From NCBI RefSeq assembly GCF_000012905.2, contig NC_007493.2:2490001-2522000 (forward strand): a stretch of DNA of 32,000 nt, read 5' to 3'. This document shows positions 25,321-32,000 of this stretch, in pieces (the stretch's first letter is position 1; every line of letters begins with the position of its first letter). This DNA is from Cereibacter sphaeroides 2.4.1. GTDB lineage: Bacteria; Pseudomonadota; Alphaproteobacteria; Rhodobacterales; Rhodobacteraceae. The notes beneath the pieces were generated by a model that was not told the origin of the DNA, ran no database searches, and saw nothing but the letters and a program-made list of their open reading frames with translations. Made by a program: the position numbers and the translations under genes.

Positions 25321-25622
25321 AGAGAGGACACAAAGCTCCGCGGAAATCCCCCACCCGCCCCGCAGTCGCCCGACGCTTCCAGACCTGCCCGTCGGCCCGT
25401 CCACCTGTCCGCCGAAGGAAGACCGGTCCGTCGGCATCCGAGGTCAGCCCTCATGAGGCTCCCGCCCGGTCACCCGCGCCGCGCCACGGCATGCGGCACC
25501 CATCGCCAAGAGGCCGATGGTCCGGCAGCCCCAGCAGCGGAAGACCTGCCTCCCGCCCCTCGCAGGGTCGCACCTGTTGCGGCTGTCAACTCCTGCGCGG
25601 CACGGTGCCCCGAGAGAGATGC

Positions 25623-25657
25623 GCTCCGCCCGGACGGACCCGTCGCGCGGGCGGAGC
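25623..25657 (-). terminator. possible tex terminator hairpin (no clean U-tract)
   Basis: GCTCCGCCCG (25623-25632) pairs perfectly with CGGGCGGAGC (25648-25657), a 10-bp stem. On the - strand it is followed by GCATCTCTCTCGG. It lies 108 nt past the tex stop. Confidence 0.3.
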
Positions 25658-25764
25658 TGGCTCTCGACAGCAGAAGCGGTCCACTCCCGCGCCGGACGAT
25701 CCGCCGAGGCGGCGGCGCCCAAAGCCCGGTCGGGCCTGCCGCGGCCCCGGCGAGAGCCCTTCGT

Positions 25765-28086
25765 TCACTCCCGACGCAGGCCCTTCAGCGCGTCCGCGAA
25801 CGGGTTGCCCGCGCTCGTCTCGCGTGGTGCGGCCTGCCGGGGCAGGGGCTTGCCGCCCTTGCGTGGCGGTTCGGCGCTCCGGCGCTCGGAGGCCTGCGCG
25901 CGGGCGTCGGCGCTGTCCTTGCGCATGGTGAGGCCGATGCGCTTGCGCGCCACGTCCACCTCGACCACCCGCACCTTCACCACGTCGCCCGCCTTCACCA
26001 CCTCGTGCGGATCCTTCACGAAGCGGTCGGCGAGCTGGCTCACATGCACGAGCCCGTCCTGATGCACCCCCACATCGACGAAGGCGCCGAAGGCCGCGAC
26101 GTTGGTCACCGTCCCTTCGAGCAGCATCCCCGGCTTCAGGTCCGAGATCTCCTCGACCCCGTCGGTGAAGGTCGCGGTCTTGAAGGTCGGGCGCGGGTCG
26201 CGGCCGGGCTTCTCCAGCTCGGCGAGGATGTCCCTCACGGTCGGCAGGCCGAAGCGCTCGTCGGTGAAGTCCTGCGGGTCGAGCGCCCGCAGCCGCTGCG
26301 GCTCGGCCATCAGGCTGCGCAGGTCGCGCCCGCAGGCGGCCACGATCCGGCGCGCCACATCATAGGCCTCGGGGTGAACGGACGAGGCGTCGAGCGGCTC
26401 GGTCCCGTCCGGGATGCGCAGGAAGCCCGCCGCCTGCTCGAAGGCGCGGGGGCCCAGACGCGCGACCTTCAGCAGGTCACGGCGTTTCGCGAAGGGACCG
26501 TTCGCGTTGCGGTGCTGCACGATGGCCTCGGCCAGCCCCGGCCCCACGCCCGAGACGCGCGCCAGAAGCGGCGCCGAGGCCGTGTTCAGATCCACCCCCA
26601 CCGCGTTCACCGCATCCTCGACCACGGCCTCCAGCGAGCGCCCCAGACGGTGCTGGTCCACATCATGCTGATACTGGCCCACGCCGATCGACTTCGGCTC
26701 GATCTTCACCAGTTCGGCCAGCGGATCCTGCAGACGGCGGGCAATCGAGACGGCGCCGCGCAGGCTGACGTCGAGATCGGGGAACTCGGCCGCCGCCAGC
26801 GCGCTCGCCGAATAGACCGAGGCGCCCGCCTCGCTGACGATCACCTTCACGGGCTTCGGCGCGTCGCCCGGCAGCGCCGCCAGAAGGTCCGCCACCATCT
26901 TCTCGCTCTCGCGGCTCGCGGTGCCGTTGCCGATGGCGATCAGCGTCACGCCATGGGCGCGGATCAGCTTCATCAGCTCGATCTGCGCCCCGCGCAGGTC
27001 GTTCTTGGGCTGGAACGGATAGACGGTCGAGGTGGCCAGAACCTTCCCCGTCGCATCCACCACCGCCACCTTGCAGCCGGTGCGGATGCCCGGGTCGATC
27101 CCCATCGTGACCTTGCCGCCCGCAGGTGCCGCCAGCAGCAGATCCTTGAGGTTCCGCGCGAAGACCCCGATGGCCTCGGCCTCGGCCCGCTCGCGCAGCT
27201 CGGCCATCAGGTCGAGCGTCAGCGAGGTTCTGAGCTTCACCCGCCAGGCCCAGGAAGCCGCCTCGCGCAGCCACTGATCGCCCGGCCCCTTCCCCGCCGC
27301 CTGAAGCGCCATGCCGGCCATCCGCTCGGCCGGGCTCTCGCCGCGGGCCGCATCGGCATCGACCTCGAGATCGAGCGTCAGCACGCCTTCGTTGCGCCCC
27401 CGCAGCATGGCGAGCACCCGGTGGCCCGCCGCGGTGGCCCAGGCCTCGGAATGGGCGAAATAGTCCGAGAACTTGGCGCCCTCGGCCTCCTTGCCTTCGA
27501 CGACCTTCGCCGAAATACGGCCCACCTGCTTCATGTGCGCGCGCAGCCGGCCGAGCAGGTCGGCATTCTCCGCAAGCCCCTCGGCCACGATGTCGCGCGC
27601 CCCTTCGAGCGCCGCCTTCACGTCCGGCACCGCCTCGGAGACATAGGCCTGCGCCAGCTCCGCCGGCACCGCCGCACGGTCGGCGAGGATCGCCTCGGCC
27701 AAGGGCCCGAGGCCATTCTCGCGCGCGATCATGGCCTTTGTGCGCCGCTTCGGCTTGTAGGGCAGATAGATGTCCTCGAGCTCGGACTTGGTGGCGGCCT
27801 TCACCACCTGCGCCTCGAGCTCGGGCGTGAGCTTGCCCTGATCGCGGATCGAGCCGAGGATCGTCTCGCGCCGCGCCTCGAGCTCGCGCAGATAGGCCAG
27901 CCGCTCGGAGAGCGTGCGCAGCTGCGTGTCGTCAAGGCCGCCCGTCGCCTCCTTGCGATAGCGGGCGACGAAGGGCACGGTCGCGCCGCCGTCGAGAAGC
28001 TCGATGGCGGCCGCGACCTGATCGGGACGGGCCGCGATCTCGGCGGCGATCAGCGAGGGAATGCGGCGGATGGCGTCGGTGCTCAT
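25765..28086 (-). CDS. tex: Tex-family transcription accessory protein (YqgF/HhH/S1 domains)
   Basis: 773 aa. The N-terminus is typical of Tex proteins ([30 protein letters not shown]), there is a RuvC/YqgF-like central region, and a C-terminal S1 domain ([33 protein letters not shown]). Confidence 0.92.
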   Translation of the reverse strand: MSTDAIRRIPSLIAAEIAARPDQVAAAIELLDGGATVPFVARYRKEATGGLDDTQLRTLSERLAYLRELEARRETILGSIRDQGKLTPELEAQVVKAATKSELEDIYLPYKPKRRTKAMIARENGLGPLAEAILADRAAVPAELAQAYVSEAVPDVKAALEGARDIVAEGLAENADLLGRLRAHMKQVGRISAKVVEGKEAEGAKFSDYFAHSEAWATAAGHRVLAMLRGRNEGVLTLDLEVDADAARGESPAERMAGMALQAAGKGPGDQWLREAASWAWRVKLRTSLTLDLMAELRERAEAEAIGVFARNLKDLLLAAPAGGKVTMGIDPGIRTGCKVAVVDATGKVLATSTVYPFQPKNDLRGAQIELMKLIRAHGVTLIAIGNGTASRESEKMVADLLAALPGDAPKPVKVIVSEAGASVYSASALAAAEFPDLDVSLRGAVSIARRLQDPLAELVKIEPKSIGVGQYQHDVDQHRLGRSLEAVVEDAVNAVGVDLNTASAPLLARVSGVGPGLAEAIVQHRNANGPFAKRRDLLKVARLGPRAFEQAAGFLRIPDGTEPLDASSVHPEAYDVARRIVAACGRDLRSLMAEPQRLRALDPQDFTDERFGLPTVRDILAELEKPGRDPRPTFKTATFTDGVEEISDLKPGMLLEGTVTNVAAFGAFVDVGVHQDGLVHVSQLADRFVKDPHEVVKAGDVVKVRVVEVDVARKRIGLTMRKDSADARAQASERRSAEPPRKGGKPLPRQAAPRETSAGNPFADALKGLRRE

Positions 28087-28169
28087 GGGGTCCGGCTCTG
28101 GTCAGTGGGAGGCGGACCATAGTCCCGCCCGCCCGCCAAGGGAAGCACCGCGCACCCGCCCTCCGCGGC

Positions 28170-28559
28170 TCATTGCTGAAGAGTGCGCAGATACTGCTCG
28201 AGTTGAACGAGCCGGATCGGCGTCGGCGTCAGGATCCCGTCGCCGCCGTCGAAGGGCACCGTCTCGCTGTCGAGAAGCGGGCCGAACTCGGGCATCACCC
28301 GGTCGCCCGTCTTCGCATAGCCCCAGATCTGCGCCATGACGCGGGTGCCGGGGAAGCGGCCGCCGTTGCGGGCAGAAAGCGTGGTGAGGTCGGCAGGCTT
28401 CCGGTCGAGCAGCGCCGCCATTTCGCCGTCGCCGTGGCCCGTGGCGCCGTGGCACCCGGCGCAGAGCACGCTGAAATCCGCGCGCCCCGTGGGCACGCCG
28501 GGCGCTGCCACACAGGCCGCAAGCGGCAGCACCGCGAGGGCGATCAAGGCATGTCTCAT
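28170..28559 (-). CDS. c-type cytochrome lipoprotein, 129 aa
   Basis: The ATG at 28559 has AGGGAGGA upstream. Signal peptide and lipobox are MRHALIALAVLPLAAC. There is a single heme-binding CAGCH motif and a downstream Met (RVMPEF) that could be the sixth ligand. Confidence 0.75.
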   Translation of the reverse strand: MRHALIALAVLPLAACVAAPGVPTGRADFSVLCAGCHGATGHGDGEMAALLDRKPADLTTLSARNGGRFPGTRVMAQIWGYAKTGDRVMPEFGPLLDSETVPFDGGDGILTPTPIRLVQLEQYLRTLQQ

Positions 28560-28617
28560 GGCATCCTCCCTTTCGGGCCAGATGACCACCCCGGCCGGCC
28601 GGCGGCCTTGACGCAGA

Positions 28618-29284
<667 letters not shown>

Positions 29285-29292
<8 letters not shown>

Positions 29293-30571
29293 AGCGCAGC
29301 GCCTCGACCGGGTTCATGCGGGCCGCACGGCGCGCAGGGATCAGCGTGACGAAGAAGGACAGGCCCAGCGACAGCGCCACCGCCGACAAGACATCCGCCC
29401 ATTGCAGCTTCGCGGGCAGCGCATAGATGCCGCGGATCGAGGGATCCCAGACGCCGCCTCCCGAGAGGTAGTTCACGAGCGAGAAGATCGGATCGATGTA
29501 GATCGTGAAGAGACAGCCCAGCGCCACCCCCGCCGCCGTGCCGATCAGCCCGGTCGAGGCGCCGCAGAGGAAGAAGACCCGCAGGATCGAGCCCTCGGTC
29601 AGCCCCATGGTGCGCAGGATGCCGATGTCGCGGCCCTTGTTCTTCACCAGCATGATGAGCCCCGAGACGATGTTCATCGAGGCGATCAGCACGAGGATCG
29701 ACAGGATCACGAACATCACATTGTCCTCGATGGTCAGGGCGCGCAGGAACGAGCCCGCCGAATCGCGCCAGGTCCAGAGCATCGAGCCCTCGCCCGCCGC
29801 CTGCATCAGCGCGGGCGCCATCGCATCCACCGCCTCGGGATCCTCGACCATCACCTCGATCTCGTCGGCGAGGCCCTCGCGGTTGAAGTAGCTCTGCGCC
29901 TCGGCGAGCGGCATGTAGACCCGGGTGCGGTCGATGTCGTACCGCCCGGCGGTGAAGACATAGACCACCTCGTAGGCCGAGACGCGGGGCGAGGTGCCGA
30001 AGGCCGTCTTCACCCCGTCGGGCGAGATCAGCCGCACGCGGTCGCCCACGCTCACTCCCAGCTCCTGCGCCACGCCCGAGCCGAGCGCGATGCCCTCGTC
30101 GAAACGCTCGATGTCTCCCACATGCTCGGCCCCGATGCCGATGCGCGGGATGGTGGCAAGGTCGGCCTGCCGCATCCCGAACACCTCGACCCCCGAGGAG
30201 GCGCCATTGGCGGTGGCCATCACCTGCCCCTTCACCACCGGCGCCGCCCGCAGCACGCCCGGCACGGCGGCCACGCGCGCGGCCACCGGATCGTAGTCCT
30301 CGAAACCGCGGATCAGCTGGCCCGTCTCGGTGATGCGGCCGGCGGAATAGACGGTGACATGGGCATTCGCGCCGAGGATCGTGTCCACGAACTCGGCGCG
30401 GAAGCCCGCGCGGACCGAGAGCGTCGCGATCAGCGCGAAGACGGCGAGCGTGATCCCCACGAGGCTGATCCAGGTCATGACCGAGACGCCGCCCTCGGCG
30501 CGGCGGGCGCGCAGATAGCGCCAGGCGATCATCCATTCGAAGGCCGCAAAGGGCCGCGTCCGGTCAGCCAT
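29285..30571 (-). CDS. lolC: lipoprotein-releasing ABC transporter permease (LolC/LolE family)
   Basis: 428 aa starting [24 protein letters not shown]. It has MacB-type topology: a first TM segment, a large periplasmic domain, then the FtsX-like C-terminal TM bundle. AAAGGA lies upstream of the ATG at 30571. The LolC versus LolE assignment is not resolvable here. Confidence 0.88.
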
Positions 30572-30614
30572 CCGTCCATCCTTTCGCGTCCGCCGCGAGG
30601 GCCCGCCCCGCCTG

Positions 30615-30673
30615 CTTTCAGTCTGGCTCAAATATCCTCGGGGGGTCCCGGGGGGCAGACAGCCCCCCGGCGG
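30615..30673 (-). repeat. copy B of the hairpin-plus-conserved-tail element, between the proS stop and the lolC start
   Basis: CCGGGGGGC (30648-30656) pairs with GCCCCCCGG (30662-30670). On the - strand the stem is followed by GACCCCCCGAGGATATTTGAGCCAGACTGAAAG. It aligns with copy A. Confidence 0.6.
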
Positions 30674-30686
30674 TTCCGAAGCGCCC

Positions 30687-32000
30687 TCAGATCCCGGCGT
30701 AGATCTGCGCCAGCCGGTCCACCGCGGCGCCCGAGGACATTTCCTCGCTCTCGCCCGTGCGGCGGTTGGTGAGTTCGACCTTGCCCGCCGAAATCCCGCG
30801 CGGCCCCACGGTGATCCGCCAGGGCAGGCCGATCAGGTCCATGGTCGCGAATTTCGCCCCCGCCCGCTCGTCCCGGTCGTCGTAGAGCGGCTCGAGCCCC
30901 CTGGCCGACAGATCCCGGTAGAGCGCCTCGCAGGCGAGGTCGGTCGAGCTGTCGCCCTGCTTGAGGTTCACGATGCCCGCATGGAAGGGCGTGACGCCCT
31001 CGGGCCAGATGATGCCCTTGTCGTCGTGGCTGGCCTCGATGATCGCGCCCAGAAGCCGCGAGACGCCGATCCCGTGCGAGCCCATGTGAACGGGCACCCG
31101 GCTGCCGTCGGCGGTCACCACGTTGGCGCCCATCGGCTCGGAATATTTGGTGCCGAAATAGAAGATCTGCCCCACCTCGATCCCGCGCGAGCTGCGGCGG
31201 CGCTCTTCGGGGATCTGGCCGAAGACCGCCTCGTCATGGGTCTCGTCGGTCCGCGCATAGGGCGCGGTCCATTCCTTCACGATGGCCTCGCATTCGGCGC
31301 GGTCGTCGTAATTCACCACCCGGTCGCCGAACTTCAGGTCGGTGATCGCCGCATCGTAGAACACCTCCGACTCGCCGGTCGAGGCCAGCACGAGGAACTC
31401 GTGGGTATTGTCGCCGCCGATCGGGCCCGAGGCCGCGCGCATCGGGATCGCCTGCAGCCCCATCCGCTCGTAGGTGCGCAGGTAGCTCACCATGTGGCGG
31501 TTGTAGGCATGGATCGCCGACTCATAGTCCAGATCGAAGTTGTAGCCGTCCTTCATCAGGAACTCGCGGCCCCGCATCACGCCGAAGCGCGGGCGGATCT
31601 CGTCGCGGAACTTCCACTGGATGTGGTAGAGCGTCAGCGGCAGGTCCTTGTAGCTCGACACATGGCTGCGGAAGATGTCGGTGATCATCTCCTCGTTCGT
31701 GGGCCCGTAGAGCATGTCGCGCTTGTGGCGGTCGGTGATGCGCAGCATCTCCTCGCCGTAATCGTCGTAGCGCCCGCTTTCGCGCCAGAGGTCGGCCGGC
31801 TGCAGCGTGGGCATCAGCAGCGGGATGTGACCCGCGCGGATCTGCTCCTCGTGCACGATCTGCTCGATGCGCTTGAGCACCTTGAAGCCGAGCGGCAGCC
31901 AGGAATAGATCCCCGCCGCCTGCTGCTTGATCATGCCGGCACGCAGCATGTAGCGGTGGCTGACGATCTGCGCCTCGGAAGGATTCTCCTTCAGGACGGG
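30687..32000 (-). CDS. proS: proline--tRNA ligase; the N-terminal codons lie beyond the window end
   Basis: The frame stays open through 31950-32000 ([17 protein letters not shown] precedes the first Met in the track). Class II aaRS motifs are present ([44 protein letters not shown]). This is the short alphaproteobacterial type without the large editing insertion. Confidence 0.92.
   Translation of the reverse strand, partial: PVLKENPSEAQIVSHRYMLRAGMIKQQAAGIYSWLPLGFKVLKRIEQIVHEEQIRAGHIPLLMPTLQPADLWRESGRYDDYGEEMLRITDRHKRDMLYGPTNEEMITDIFRSHVSSYKDLPLTLYHIQWKFRDEIRPRFGVMRGREFLMKDGYNFDLDYESAIHAYNRHMVSYLRTYERMGLQAIPMRAASGPIGGDNTHEFLVLASTGESEVFYDAAITDLKFGDRVVNYDDRAECEAIVKEWTAPYARTDETHDEAVFGQIPEERRRSSRGIEVGQIFYFGTKYSEPMGANVVTADGSRVPVHMGSHGIGVSRLLGAIIEASHDDKGIIWPEGVTPFHAGIVNLKQGDSSTDLACEALYRDLSARGLEPLYDDRDERAGAKFATMDLIGLPWRITVGPRGISAGKVELTNRRTGESEEMSSGAAVDRLAQIYAGI

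Overview
Visibly GC-rich sequence with a strong G/C third-codon-position bias. It looks like an alphaproteobacterial chromosomal segment. The proteins I recognise by eye, and a tRNA-His with no encoded G-1, point to a Rhodobacterales (Rhodobacter/Cereibacter-like) core-genome region; this is inference, since no search was possible. I support 31 protein genes and one tRNA. In order: phaA' and phaB (PHB precursor supply); a DUF465 gene; a DUF2007 gene coupled to an N6-adenine methyltransferase, divergent from ispB; mmcB; a small conserved ORF; a GNAT gene; tRNA-His(GUG); a DUF481 outer-membrane protein; a small membrane protein; a riboflavin/nusB operon (ribE, unknown ORF, ribB with a degenerate GCHII domain, ribH, nusB); an orphan Wza-like export lipoprotein; a MarR regulator; an XRE-HTH gene coupled to sdhE; aatA; a MATE exporter; PPK2 coupled to a SAM methyltransferase; a LuxR-HTH/alpha-beta-hydrolase fusion divergent from a GST; parE; uxuA; tex; a cytochrome c lipoprotein; lolD and lolC/E; and proS'. 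Most long ORFs in the track are antisense shadow ORFs typical of high-GC DNA. I saw no transposase, integrase, phage gene, CRISPR array or recognisable defence or toxin module, and I did not find a convincing new multi-gene system. The items worth a second look are: a perfect (GGGCCAA)13 microsatellite (a G-quadruplex motif) in a gene-free gap after tRNA-His; a LuxR-HTH fused to an apparently catalytically degenerate alpha/beta-hydrolase, with a 22-bp palindrome in its divergent promoter; an unknown ORF translationally coupled inside the rib operon, followed by a 312-nt structured spacer; a decaying 66-bp tandem repeat that duplicates the 3' end of the wza-like gene; a two-copy hairpin-plus-tail element at the 3' ends of uxuA and proS; and several ATGA-coupled gene pairs.
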